Shown here: positions 1 to 13,334 of the stretch, in pieces
How positions within the stretch are numbered: the first letter of the stretch is position 1
Layout of the letters: each line of letters begins with the position of its first letter
Notes under the pieces: generated by a model
Databases searched by the model: none
Told to the model about the DNA's origin: nothing
The model's input: only the letters and a program-made list of their open reading frames with translations
Position numbers and translations under genes: made by a program
Assembly: GCA_036172245.1 (NCBI GenBank)
Contig: JAYWIR010000031.1
Span: 2,480,001 to 2,544,000, forward strand
Length of the DNA stretch: 64,000 nt
Reading direction: 5' to 3'
DNA from: Raillietiella orientalis
Taxonomy: Eukaryota

Positions 1-1945
1 GAGGCCGCACCGCCAATACAGCCGACCCCCCGCGATCGTCTCGATCTCCTGGACGTGCGCCGCGGAGATCACGTGGATCTCCTGTAGCAAGGCCAGGTTG
101 AACTCACGCAGTGGGTCGGCTGTGTCTCGCCTGTTGCCGTCGTCGCGCAGCCCGTTGACATTCCAACAGGCGGCGCGAATCCGACGGCGACTGGCGAGCC
201 CAGGTGTTATTCCTGGGAAGATGGCGATGCGGCATCCGCCACCTGTTTAGGCGGGACGCTAGGTGGAGGAGGAGGGTCAGGTGCTGAAGGCACCTGGTCC
301 CCCTCCTCCACTGGTAACGGCGCGTCGGCCGGTTCACCCTCAGGTGGGGTCGCGCCTCCCTGTTCGCCCTCATCCATGGGGGCGGCCTGTTCAGGCTCGG
401 CGACTGCTGGGAAGACTTCGCCCCCCAGTTTCCCCTCCTCCATGGGGGTGGCCTGCTCGACGGCTTACGTGCGTTGGAATTCCACCTCCGGGTTTCCCAC
501 GCTGGCGTCGGTTTCCTGCTTCTCCTCCTCGCTCGTGGAGGGGAGGCGCCTCCTCGGCTTTTGGGACTTGCGTCCCGTCTTCCGAGGGGGTGCCTCCGAC
601 GAGGAGGATGCACTTCCGGCCCCCAGGTCGCACTCACCTGCGGGGGCCTTCTTTGCCGGAGCCGGCCTTCGCACGGCCTTGCGTGAGGGGTTTTCACGCT
701 CGGCCAGCGTGACCGCGAGCTCCTCCGCCGCCTTCGCGAAGGCGGCGTCCTCGCCGTCGGCGCGCGTCGCGCGGCTCACCCTCTGTGTAGACAGAGGGTT
801 CGTCGTCGCGAACCTCGGGCGCGGTGGAAACGGCGAGGGGATTCTCGTCGCCCCGGGAGGCAGCCTGAGGAACGCTTACGCGATCCAGTGCTACCGAGCA
901 CTCGCGGAGTTTTTTTGACAGCGGCGCGGCTTTATTCTTTTTGCCGGCTGTGTTCTTTTTCTCCGTTTTCTTCAGTGGTTCTTTCACCACTTGTTTCTCC
1001 TTCCTGGCCTTTACCAGTTCCATCCCTACTCCACTCCCGCGTCTTCCGCAGTCTTATCCTCCGACGCCTGCGTGAGAGGAAGAGGAGATGGCGGCTGGGG
1101 CCAGCTAGTTTCTCGCTTAGGTCTTTCGACCTTGTTCATTTGTTTGGCCTGCTCCTTTTTGGCAGCAGGTGGCACCGGAGTGGGGCATTTAGGGCACGCA
1201 CGACGCACGTGTCCCTTAACCCCGCACAAGTGGCACTCAATGTTCGGGCACCGCTTGCGCAAGTGCCCTACTGCATTGCAGTAGCCACAATAGCGGGGTT
1301 TCCCCACGTACCAGAGGTCGCCGGATTCCGTCGCGACCTTCAGTTTGTGGGGCAACCCAGCACCCTCATTGACAGTGACACGCTGAAGCCTGGCCTTCGA
1401 AATGGCTATGAAAGCCTTCGAAGATGGTGGGCTTTGGCCACAACGCGTGTACCTCGCCGTATTTCATCAACTCGGAATTGACCGCCGAGCGCGTCATCCG
1501 GTCAGACGGACCACTACGGAGCGGTCCATGCTAACCGGTAGGATTTTCCGGCCATCCACATTCAGCGGGGTGTTTATCAGGCGCTGTGCTAAGGCTACGT
1601 CTTTGCAGACGACCTCCACTCGCTGCCCCCCGCTGAGTACGGAGAGGCCGTCAAGATCCTCTTCTCTTACAGGAAAGTCCTGTAGTGCCTTGTTAAAAGC
1701 ACGGGCGATGCGACCATCAAACAGGGGTCCTACTTATAAACCAGAGATGGTTTATATCCTGAGGCCCTGTAAGGCGCTTGCTCCGCCAAGGTTTCCGCGC
1801 TCGGCGCTGCCACCATGGCGCTCCACGTCCTCGGCGTTGCCGGGGATGATTCCGGGGCGGATGCCCCTGATCCAGTAGGCCGTGGGGGGGGACTAGCCTC
1901 CCCCACGCCTACCTCCATCGTGGTGTCCTCTGGCAGCGATGCCAT
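1..1945 (-). mobile_element. Degenerate ORF1 (gag-like) of a Tx1/L1-clade non-LTR retrotransposon, running off the window start
   Basis: ATG at 1945 (MASLPEDTTMEV..TWSAMVAAP). Two CCHC knuckles, CGYCNAVGHLRKRC and CHLCGVKGHVRRAC, in ORF 1026..1355, followed by a Lys/Pro/Glu-rich tail. Frameshifts or stops near 1730 and 1025. Confidence 0.8.
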
Positions 1946-2002
1946 GGGACACCAACGATGTGAAAAAACACACACTTCCCAAGAAGAAACGCTTCCCGGT
2001 AC

Positions 2003-4775
2003 TTGTTGACGGAGCAACGGAAAAACACGTCCTTCCGTAACGAAAGGCCGTATTTGCACGCCCGTCGTATCGCGAGGACCCCTGACATCCGTCGCTTGAC
2101 CGAGTACAAAGCCGGGGCCGAACGTCAAGCCTGGCAATCCGGGCCGCCCAGCGTGCTGGGCGACCTGGACCAGGAATACTCGGACCCGGCATCGATACGT
2201 CGCCTCGTGCGTGGATTTCACTCCTATCTTTACGCCAGGGTACCTGAGGAGTGAGACTTCTCGCGGCGCTTGCTCCCAGATATAGCCACGGCTATAGGGG
2301 AGGAGGAGAAAGAAAGATTCGACGAGCCTCTTACGACCGGTGAAATCATCTCCGCTATTAAAAGGCTCAAGAGGCGTAAGGCGCCAGGGGAGGACGGCCT
2401 GCCGGCGGAGTTCTTTCAGAGCTTCGCGAAAGAGCTGACCCCCCTGGTGCTCCAATTGACACGGCTGATCCGAAACGAAGGCGATGTTCCCGCCTCGTTT
2501 CGGTCAGCCGGGGTGAGGCTCCTTCCTAAGGGAGGAGACCTCAGAAAATTATGCAACTGGCGTCCGATCACGATTGTGAACACGGACGCCAAGCTTCTTG
2601 CTGGACTGTGGGCTGCGCGACTGGGGCAGGTAGCTGACAGCTTCTTCAGCCCAGAACAGACGTACGCTGTTCCCGGACGAAGCATGAAAGCGAACCTATT
2701 CTTCGCCAGCACTTGGTTCCATGTGCAACGCGAGAAAAATTTGGAAAAAGAACGGAATGTCGACAAACCTGATTTGGGGGCGCCAGCGCAGCAAGTAAGG
2801 GACGACCGGGAAGGAAAGGGGGCTCTAGCGATCGCAGTCAATCTGCAAAAGCGTTCGATTGCGTGGACCAGGAACTCCTTCTGGAGCTCCTGGATCGCAT
2901 GGGCTTTCCGGACACCTTAACGGTCTACCTGCGCGCCTGCTGGCGCAATGCGATCATCAACTTGTTTTTCAGAGGACAGCACGTGTTCGGCGTGCCGGTG
3001 AGGCGCGGCATCCGGCAGGGCGACAGCCTGAGTCCCCTGCTCTTTAGCACCTATTTCGAACTGGAGCTGAGAGCATACAGGGTGACATTGGCTGCCCTGC
3101 CAAGCTCGTGTCCAGTTACGCCGGCCGTGTCGGCGTATGATGACGATCTTTTGCTCCTGCTGCCCATGTCCGCCCGGCTTTGGCAGTCGAAGATTTCTTC
3201 GACTTGCCGAGCTGTAGGACAGGACTACGGGTGAGCAGAACGAAGTCGTCGCTGGTTGCGGTTGGTGCAAAGTGGGCAGGACGACCTGATTGGATTCTCC
3301 TGGGGATCCCCACGGAGAGGTACTTGAAGTACCTCGACGTTCCATTGGGGGACTTTTGCCAGTCAGAAGCCTGGTCAGGTCGTCTCCAAAATGTGGAGTC
3401 AGCGATCGGCCCGTTCCTGGAAGGCAAGCTTCACTTGCCGGAACGGGCCGCGGTGTAAAACGCGTTCGCGGCCCCCCTCCTTCGCCCTCTGCTTTTTGTT
3501 TGCCCCGTACCCCGTTAACTGTATAAAACAACAAAGGACCTCCTACGCATCGCCCTGTGGAGCGGCGGGAGGCCTCGTGTGCCTTTGAAGGATTTGTGCG
3601 CTCCACGTCGGGACGGAGGTCTTAGCGTCCTGACGATGGAGCGAATGGAAACACAGCTGCGGTGGCGTACTCTAGCCATCGCAGCGAAAATGTGGAACAA
3701 CCCTTGGTGCGTTCCAGCCCACCCTCTCGCCAGACGTGTGTCGGGGACTGAAGGACTCTCGTCTTTTCTTCTGTGCCCCTGCCGGAAAATAAGAAGATGA
3801 GGACTTCTCCTGGAACGCATGGCCACCCTGGCAAAGTAGAACGGGTGGATGGACTGCAGCCCCGCCAACTTTAGCGCATGGCTGGAGGAAACAGTTGGAA
3901 TGTGGGCAAAGTTGAAACACATCAGTGGAGAATCCTGCAACCGCCTGCGCACCGGCATCCACACCCGCTGCACGCTGCGAAACATGATCGTGTGTCCCGC
4001 CAGAAGCAGTTGGGCGGAGATGACCCCACTGGCCACGGCGCTGCCCTTCCCACGAAGGGCGCTTCAAAACAGCCGGAAGCCGAGATGGCAAGTCTCCTGC
4101 CGGATAGCGGGCAAGGAGAAGGATCTAATTGGGTGGACCATGAGGGAGCTGGCAGACGCCGCAACCACAAGCGTTCACCCGCATGGAATACGGAGATGGA
4201 GCAAGCTGCTTGGCAGCCCGGCGGATGACCTAGAGTGGCCCCCGTTATTTAGAGACGCATCCACCCTCTTCCTCAAGTGGCAGGAAACGGCGCTGTTGTT
4301 GCACTGGGGTCTTTCCTGCAACGCGCGCCGCCACCACTGGACGTTGGGGAACGTGGGACAGAACTGTGCAGTGTGCGGGGAGAAGGAATCCCTCCCCCAT
4401 CTGTTAGTGGACTGCGCTGCCCTCCGGCCCTTGTGGGAACGTTTTGCTACGACCCTCCGGATGCCGGTCGGCAGTCCCCCCAGAGACGTTGTGCGAGACG
4501 CCCTGCCACCAGCCTCAAACCTGGCAGCGCTCTGCTGCCTCCGAGGGATTGTGGCCGCCTGGATCGCAGCCAACAGAGGAAGCAGCGATAGGGACCCCAT
4601 CGTACACGCGGGTCGCTACCTGCGAATCGCGATCGGCTGGTCCCATCTGGGAGCTATGACGAGGGACCTCGAGAGCATCCTGGAAAGGATAGTCTCTTCC
4701 TCTAGCGGGTTGTGATTCCTTCCCGGCCCCCCAAATAGTTTCTTTTTGTTATTTCATTTATTTTTCTTTTTGTTT
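2003..4775 (+). mobile_element. Degenerate ORF2 (RT plus C-terminal Zn finger) and 3' UTR of a Tx1/L1-clade non-LTR retrotransposon; APE domain absent here
   Basis: RT motifs KAPGEDGLPAEFF, LLPKGGDLRKLCNWRPITIVNTDAKLLA, RGIRQGDSLSPLLF, AYDDDL, LCAPRRDGGL; C-terminal CAVCGEKESLPHLLVDC; stop at 4715 followed by a T-rich tract. Several frameshifts. Confidence 0.92.
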
Positions 4776-5600
4776 TAATCCCCCCCTTGCTGCCGAGGAG
4801 AATCAAGGCGGTCTGCGAACCAGCTTCCCGGCAGGTTCCAGGAACTATTGGCCACAGCGGGGCCTAGTACCGCAGATGTACTGTGTTTTTTAATAAACGC
4901 CCCGGCGTAACCGGGTGAAAACTTCCCCGTGTCCAGAGATGACGGCGTGCATTGCAGGGCAGTCCCCAGTGGAACAGCATCAGCGCCGAATCCTGCCATT
5001 TTAGGGGAAGGATCCTGGTTTCAGTTATTACTGGGGGCCAGTTCAGGTCATCAGTCGTGATGCCGAGCAGCTCGCCCCATTTTTTTATTCCTTGCGGAAG
5101 GACGCCATGGGTTGTGGCGTTTGCCAGCTGTCCCATTGTCCAACCGCTCAACAGTTTTTCGCTGCCTGCGATACGGCAAGCGACTTGCCACCTCGGCGTC
5201 GGGCTGCTGACGATTGCCCTACGTAGGAAGGGTAGCACCGTCTCCAGGCAGGTCGTCTCTGCCCAAGTGCTTCTGGCTGGACACTCCGCATTTCGAGTAG
5301 AGTGCAGCGGGCGTATCGGCCGCGTCGCAGGCTAGTCCATGTCACGTGGCTCCTCTTATTCACTACAGCCCACGTGCCAACTGTTTCATCCAGCCATGCG
5401 CTGGACTTGACGGGGCTGCAGATCATCCAAGCATTCTCTTTCGCCAGAGTGCCTACTCGTCCGAGGAGAAGGCCGCATAAGGAATAAATGAATAATAAGG
5501 AAACCTCGGTAGCGGCAAGTTCTTGCTCGCAGCGTTCGGGAACGTCGGGAACCGCGACACGCCCAAACATAAAGCAGTTTATCACCCGGATATGCCTAAG
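4776..5600 (-). mobile_element. Fragment of a diverged Tx1-like ORF2 (C-terminal region)
   Basis: CSPVKSSAWLDETVGTWA and PRWQVACRIAGSEKLLSGWTM..LFHWGLPCNARRHLWT align by eye with ORF 3849..4715 (CSPANFSAWLEETVGMWA; PRWQVSCRIAGKEKDLIGWTM; LLHWGLSCNARRHHWT). Confidence 0.85.
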
Positions 5601-5729
5601 CATTCATGTGTATCAAATAAAAGTCCATTCTACTTTCTTGTGGTCAACCCAAGTGCTCACCACTCCACAACAGCAAGCTAGCTACCGGTGCAAAAACCGG
5701 GGAGGTCTATTTAACGCGCAGGGGTAGGA

Positions 5730-6560
5730 ATAAAGGAACAAAAAAACAAACAAAAGGTGGAACGTAGGAAGGGCACAAAGGTATGGGAGTGAGGAGGATC
5801 AGGAAGGGATCAAATTGCGCGTGGATTGGTCCTCTAGATCCTGTTTAGGTTGCTACTGAGCTGAATCCTGTTTGCGCCAAGGTAGGATCACATGGAGATT
5901 TTTCGAACGAAAATTCGCGTCCAGTGGATGGCATCCCTGCCATTCCTGCGTCTTCTGGACGCGTTCCATGCCTCCACGATTCCGCGAATGCAGCACAGCA
6001 CTGCTAAAGATGCGGCCGGGGTCAAGGAGGCACTAGAGGCGCGTGAAACTCTCCCTGGGTGTGCCTCCGCCAATGTTCAAGATCGTAGCAAGACGATCAC
6101 AGAGGGGACGGAGGGCGATTGCAGTCCATAAGAAGGTGGGGAAATGTCTCTTTTTCCCCGCACCGGTCAGAAACGGCATCCACACTTCCACGAGTCCAGT
6201 AAATCAGGCGTGCCTTGCATGGGAGTGCCCAATGCAAGACGAGTAACGCCACTTCCTGCCACCTCATGAGGAGAAAGCCACTGTTCCAACACGCTGGGGG
6301 CCACTTCACCTCCTCGAGAGGTGTTGTGAGTAGCACGGCTCAAAGTAAGAGTCCATTGGGTGGGACAATCGGGGTCGCAGTGTCCGCTAGCTGCCGAGAT
6401 GTCCAGCCTTTAGCGGTCGGGTCCTGCCATCCAGGATACAGAACACTTTCCAAGTTCCCTGCTTGTTGCCGTCCCTACAGTACACCAGGTAGGGCAGCAC
6501 TGGAGCAAGGGGTGTAGTCTGCGTCCACAAGTTTGTCTGGGGATTGCACGATCTCATGCT
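5730..6560 (-). mobile_element. Third diverged 3' fragment of the Tx1-like element
   Basis: RWQEVALLVLHWALPCKAR..CGEKETFPHLLMDC and PAASLAVLCCIRGIVEAW match ORF 3849..4715. T-rich 3' tract on the minus strand at ~5730-5760. Confidence 0.8.
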
Positions 6561-6614
6561 GGCTTGGACGCACCAGTGAATGACCCAGAATGTCTCCGTT
6601 TGGGCTAATCTTGT

Positions 6615-6772
6615 AGGAGGAAGCTGTTTTCTGCAAGCTATCATGGTACTCATTCATGCGTGTAGATGGGAAAGCTTGCCAGCAGTATTCAAAATATTGG
6701 GATATTCAGTGTTTTGAATAGGGATCGATTTCAAATACACGTTCGAAAGGAAAAGGTGTCCCGTACAGATCT
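6615..6772. repeat. ~160 bp segment duplicated in inverted orientation at 13177-13334
   Basis: catgcgtgtagatgggaaagcttgccagcagta..ttcgaaaggaaaaggtgtc is the near-exact reverse complement of 13177-13334. Confidence 0.85.
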
Positions 6773-7639
6773 CTGGTTTTGGATACGGCATTCCTTATTT
6801 TATAGCAGTGTAACCACTTGTGTTCTCCATGGTCGTCACTTACACTGCTCGAATCACTATATCCCTTGAACTTGTTTGCACACTAGCGTTGTAGTCAATA
6901 GGAAAACATTCACCAAAAACTGCTGTGAAGAATTTGGATAACCAGACAGCAGACAACTCGAGTATTTTAGTACGTCATTGAATGGACAATTAGCACTTGC
7001 GATCTTTTGTGTAAACTGAGTAACGAGCTTTATTTTTATCGTGAATTTAGCCCAGCTATACAAAGATTGCCTTCGGGTATTCTGAAATTTGGTGACTTTT
7101 CCTTAGCGCAAAGTGAAGAAACCGAGGATCGTATGATGGATTTTGAGGAGGTTCCCGTTTGCCCTGCGTTCATTTAACAAGTGGCAAGCTGCTAAAATAA
7201 ATATGCTGAAATAAACTTCGACAGCTAAAGTGCAGGCAAAGAATCATAGATATTTGTTTCAGGAACTTGGAAGTATGATAATTCATTGCATAACGAGATA
7301 ATGTTGGTGCGGAAATCAGGCATAATGATAGAGTAAACAGTAAGCAGTGAACAGTAGACACTTTATTCTGTTGAGAGCTTTGAACAAAATAAAATTAAGT
7401 AAACAAATCGTTGAACCCAAGAATTATGTATACAAGTATTTTCATTTTACATAATAATATTAAAATTATGTAAATTTATACTAAAATGTATTTATATTAA
7501 TTAATTAATTTGACAAGGGCGTGGCGTGATCACATTGCCGAAGTGAACGGACGTGGACCCCTGCCCAGCGGGCTAGCTGCTTCAGACAAACAATTTGCTA
7601 ACAGCTGGAATTGGGAATAAGTTTGCTAAATTGTCGACA

Positions 7640-8441
7640 ATTGCGATTCCATGTTTGTCCATGTTTTTAGAGATTACCAATCTGTGGTTTTAGGACCACG
7701 CCAAAATTAGGAAAGGACCTTTGGCCGTCTACCACAATCTGTAGGCGATCTCCTCATCCGATCGCTAGCTCTCGGTAATGGTGCTCAAAGCGTTGAAGGA
7801 AGACCTTGGTATTCGTAAGGCCAGAATGGAAGGTTTCTTTTGTGTGGTTTTCAGTTTGTAATCATCTTTTTTTCCTGTTGCAGAATCCAGGGGCGTTTGG
7901 TGCATCTGGTATCCTGCGGCCAGGATCACGATGACTCCCAAGTGGTCCATCTACTATGGCCGCTTTCCGAATGCATTCAGGACATCCAAGCATTCAAAGA
8001 AAGCACGACACCGCGACCCATGATCATCTCTGTGTGATCAGAGTGTTGTAGCGATGCCTTGGGTACAAAGGGAAGGTGTTGGGCACGCACTTGGAAAGTG
8101 TTCTTGCTTTCCGTGGAGCCCCGTTGCTGCAGAAGCTGTGAAGCATATGGTGTTTTTAGCCCCAGTCCCTGAGAGTCGAGTCCTTAAAGAATGGAAAACG
8201 AGTGAGTTTCTGTTTCAGTAAGTTTCCGGGTCGGAGGGAAGATGGAAAATTCGCTTTCAGCGATGTTCACGTCTGTTGGGTAAACTCATGGATGACGGTC
8301 TCCTCTGAGTTGCCTAGTTTGGTGAAAACGCATCGAGCGACGTCGATTCCCTGGCACGCAAAGGGTTCCAACGTTAAGCAGCACGGAACCAGCTCCCATC
8401 TGACAGACCTCTCTCCACTCTCCCACGTTCCCTTCACCTGA
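7640..8441 (+). pseudogene. Decayed paralog of the CAP N-terminal-domain gene at 15658-16930
   Basis: Exon remnants RIQGRLVHLVSCGQDHDDSQVVHLLWPLSECIQDIQAF and DVHVCWVNSWMTVSSELPSLVKTHRATSIPWHAKG, with the same intron acceptors (tcctgttgcag, tttcag). In-frame TAG codons and indels. Confidence 0.8.
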
Positions 8442-9354
8442 AACGCCTGCCTTGCTTCCACATGCCAATCCAGGCGAACAGGTGGCAACAGGTACGATAC
8501 GACTGCGAGATTGTTTTTTTTTTTCTGCTTCTATCCGAATACATTGAAAGAGTTTCATCGGAGGAAAGGAATATGCAAAAATTAGTTGATTTGTGAACAA
8601 TGTTGGGATAAGATTCGAAGGAGACTGCTGCACCACGGAGTTTACGTGGGTTTGGCAATCCTTATTCGTACGTACAACTTCTGCAGATAGTTTTAAAAGA
8701 CGGAAAAACGAAAAGATTCGAGTCATACACCACTGTCAGAACACGAAAAGGGAGACTTCCACCATGATTTTTTGCCTGGGTGCCATTAAAAAGCAAGCCA
8801 ACTCCAGTCGCCATTTTCGATGGGTCTCGACCGATGAGTTTACATGATGAAGCGGAAGATGGCAGTCGATGCCGAATCTTGAGAGACCTGTGCATTAGGT
8901 CCGTAAGGCTGTAACCAACCTCGTGAAGGTACTCTCGAATTTGTTCGTGCTCTTGATGTATTTACTTCCGTTTCTTAGGTTGACAAGGAAACAATCAGTG
9001 GTAGCGATGATAGTATCCTTAGGCAAGATATGCCCATGTCATTACAAAGAGTAAGGAATGCATCGAGACTTCTGGAAGAGTTCCTGCTGCTGAAATCCGA
9101 TACACATTCTCAAGTCGCTAGGTGCGAGTAATTCCGTTGGATATATTCTATGCTGCTCTAGAGAAAAGCTCATAGGAGGATCCAGAGGGTTCTTACAAAA
9201 GGCAACTTCATTACATCTGTGTTTTGATTGAAGTTCGTAAGATTGTTCGTGAATGCAAAAAAGTACTGGACCACTTAGCTGCCGCAGAAGTTATACATAC
9301 TATCAAGCTTTAGCAACAGAGATTTGTTCTCACGAAAGGTCAGCCCACCTCGAA

Positions 9355-9495
9355 AGGAACATCGCCAGCATCCTCTCCTGGAGCACACGACCATCGTCCC
9401 GAGCGCCACCCTCCTCCCCGAGGACGCTCCCGGATGCAGAATCGTGTCGCCCTTCCTTCCCGCCCGAAATCCAAAGTTGACCATGGCATGCCAAG
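9355..9495. repeat. Dispersed repeat; inverted diverged copy of the 34622-34870 / 35252-35500 unit
   Basis: gccaccctcctccccgaggacgctcccggatgcag..tggcatgccaag matches the reverse complement of ttggcacgccaa..tccgggagcttcctcgggggaagggtggc. Confidence 0.6.
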
Positions 9496-12400
9496 AAAAG
9501 GGGTGTGTGACGTCAGTACCCTAGCTAAGCAAAGTAATTCTTTGGGACAAAGGGAGAACCGAAAATTTATTTCTTGTTTTCAGGGATGAGCATGTCTCAT
9601 GGGTCAGTTCGTAGGGGAGTGTGCTATGCGACTTGCACACATTTGTGCAAACGTATGAATGAACAATTCTGAGCTCGAAGGCTGAGGGCGGCAGCGTTTA
9701 CGAGCTCATCAGGACACCCATACTTGCACCCATCACGACCACTTTCTCCTCTGCCACACTCCCATCAGCTGATACGGCTGCATTGCCGACAGATTGGAAT
9801 GGAAGCAAAGAGTTACGTAAAAGATCGATGTTTTTTGATTTCAGATAAACTCGTTCGGAGAGCGAGCAACCTCCTACGTGATACTGAATCCAATCCAGAA
9901 GTGACTCGGATCCCTGTGAATCTGAGACTCGCGATTCGCCTCGGAAGCCAATCCGAAAGCGATTCTGATTTCTGTGAATCCCAAACACTCACTATCGCAT
10001 CCCGAAGGAATTTCTGAAGGGTTTCGGTATCAACTTGAATAGAAAGTTGGGCAGCTAGGGAAGCAAAGAGTATCCACTAGGAAGTCCAAGCAAAAGTAAG
10101 ATGGATGCAATATTTCCGAATTCGTGTCAAATTGTCTGGTGCAAATGTGTCAGAGATAGTACTTAATGGTTTGTACATGTCTTCAAGATTGGGCCACTTC
10201 TATCCTTGAAATCTGCAGAAACCAGTACTTTTAAGAAAGAGCACAAAGATGCTGAACAAAGCAAGGTCCTAAACAAAAAGGTCAAATCACGGAGAAGCAT
10301 GGCTTGCTTCCCATTTTCAAAGCAGAAGAAAATGATGGAAGATGTGGTCCTGGTCTCATTGCGAAGGAACCAAGGAATGAAACCAGTGGGGTGGGGCAAA
10401 ATGCAAGAAGGAAGCACAAGCAGCATTTCAGAGCGGTTTTATGGAGCATGTTGTGCTCACTGCATGTGTCCTATGACGGCAAAGCAGTGGCGTGTCCAGG
10501 CATGCATGACGTAGGAGCAGGTTGCGCAGTGTCTGGGACGAGGGGAAGGAGGGAATAAAGTTTACGAAAATGCTGTTTTGTCTTTTGCTATCCTGTCACA
10601 AATTTCCCAGCTTGCATGCAGCAACAAGGTTTGCACACCAAACGGAATGGTGCATCCTTGTGCAGATGTTGCACAGTGCCGCCAGTCGAGACATTCCATG
10701 GACTCGGAAGGATCCAAATGTTTTGCGTTCCTGTTGACCCGAGAAAAGACTTTTCCTGTACTCGAGTCCCCGGAGAAAGCGAACGCACTGCAGACGTAAA
10801 GGATTTCCTCGAGAAATGTGTATGGAAATTTTGCTGCCATCTCATCGTTTCTTGTTGTGGGAAAGCCGTTTCTTTCTTTGTCTCAGGATAAACAAAAACG
10901 GAAGAGTATTCAAAAGGAACCCGAAGAGTCGGCAAAAAAGAAGGAGGCAATTTGGTGCCTCCAAATTGCAGGGGTGGTGCACGGATTGCCCCTTGCGATT
11001 CCGCGGAAATGCATCACAATGGCAGAAATGGAATGCTCCATCCTTCCCGTGGAAAGGAATACGCAGGAAAGAGACCCCAGAAAAAAGCTGATCGCACATC
11101 AAGCGTAGAGGATTTTTTCGAGCAAGCTGGGAGCTTACAAGAAATTCAAAAGGAAAACGTCAAACTATCAACTTTGCATCTTACCTGAAGTACTAAGGAA
11201 ACCCAATCAAGAAAAGCATTCATCATGAAACAGAATCCTTGATTCTATTGAAACTCCAATGGATACAGTTCGAAAGCTCGATTACCCAAAAATATGTTTC
11301 CATATACAAACCAGATAGAAGTGTTCCACTGCATCGCTCAGTAAATATTGCAGACTGATAAAATTGCGTGTTGGCATGATTTCAAGGACAGATTTTTCTT
11401 GAAGGAAAGTGCCAGGCAACTAAAGTGCCCAATACAGATGACAAGGCCGAAATAACAGTTGGATGTTGTGGATTGAAGTTAAAAACAAAGGTGGTTATAA
11501 AGTGCGGAACTTTTTTTGCACAAACAGAAACAGAAGCTCACAACCCAACTGCGCAACCAAATTCTTCAAGTGGTAGCAACGAGGTGACTGCATGCAAGCT
11601 AGTGCTCTCATGATAGCAGCACTGGGAGGTCAACGTCAAAGATGAAATGAACCACATGCAGCAAATGGAAAAACGAAACAAGAGAAAGCATCAAACATCT
11701 CTGCAAACGCATGAGTGTGCAATTTGTGAATGTATCCTGCAAAACTACTAGTTCTTGTTGCTTGTTCGTATGAAATTATGAAACCAATAACAAACGGAGA
11801 AACAGAATGCACCTCCTGGAGCAGAAACAACATACTTAACCTAAATGTAGAATTAGCAACAGTCAGAAAGAAACACGTGCAAATTTGGATCCCTTAAAAC
11901 TTCCAAGATTGTCAAGAAGCAGAAAACTGACAAGATGTTTACAGTATGTTAACATCTGTCATGTAAGGATGTGCCTCATGGATGCGGAATGCAACCAGAA
12001 CTCAAAGAAAGATGGGAAATAACAAGCAGAACATTACATCGTTATCGATGCTGCACCTGAACAAGAATCAGGACCGCCTGTATAACCAAGGATTCTCACC
12101 GAAACAAGATGCAATAAGACGAGATTCTTAATGGACTGCAAAGTGATCCTGGAGCCTTGCTGCTGGTAGGAATAGCGGCAAGGTTGGTGAGGAGTGCCCA
12201 CCACATGAAGTGTACGAGAGAAAACACAGGCAGTGGACTGATGCCCGCAGGCTTCAAGCGGCGGTCTCACCCAACAGCATGCAAGACATATCGAGAGCTC
12301 AGTGCTTACTTACATGATCGCTTTTCTTGCTCCTTTCTCGTGATTCGTGGACTTTGTTAGGTCGGAAGCGAGATTGCCTGCCTCTTCGTAAATTTGCTCT

Positions 12401-13176
12401 CGCTGGACGCGCCCATCGGCAAGGGCGTCTTCCCAACGCTTCTCTCGCCTCCTTGCCACGTTCGAATCCGCGCAAAAGCTTCGCGACAATCGCCCGCTGA
12501 TTGGTTGGCGCGGAGCACTTCGAGCAGGGTGGCACATGCCACGCCGCCCCACCCTGCCACCTTTACCCCCCGCAAACGTGCTTTCTCTTCGCCAAGTCGT
12601 CGTGCTCCTCTTATCCCGTCCGTGTGCCAGTTGCCGGGAAGCGCTCCCGCGCGCTCCCCGTGCCATTTGTATCCGCGTCAGGCAGCTTCCAGGCTCGCAC
12701 ATAGATGAAGGCTCTTCACGGGGAGTTCACTCCCATGGAATTGTGGCTCTCACTGATCGCATCTCTGAGCATTTGGCTTTCTTTCTTCTGCTCTTCCATT
12801 CGCTTCAAGTTCACGCGATTTCTAAAGCCCCTAGGAGTTTGAATTCAAAGTTTGAATGCTGATCCTACAATGAAATCAATCCAGTCTAGTATATGCATTA
12901 AATAAGTCTGATCACACTATCTCGATTCCAAAAAAAATTACACATTCCAAGTGTATGAGTAGAATATTGATAGCACCACTTGGCCACTCAAACAAATTGG
13001 AAGTGAGCTGACTGTGTGAATCATTCAATTAGGCATCCACACTTATGCAGCACTTTTAATTCGTGTACTTCCATTTAATCCTTCTCTTGATGTAATTCTA
13101 ACTGATTTTCCAACATGGACAAATAAATGCACACTGATCATGGCAACACTGTAAATAAAGTAAGGGATCTCAACCC

Positions 13177-13334
13177 GAGATCTGGACGAGACACCTTTTC
13201 CTTTCGAATATGTATTTGAAATCGACCCCTATTCAAAACACTGAATATCCCAATGCTTTGGATACTGCTGGCAAGCTTTCCCATCTACACGCATGAATGA
13301 GTACCACGATAGCTTTCAGAAAACAGCTTCCTCC
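13177..13334. repeat. Inverted duplicate of 6615-6772
   Basis: Direct sequence comparison. Confidence 0.85.
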
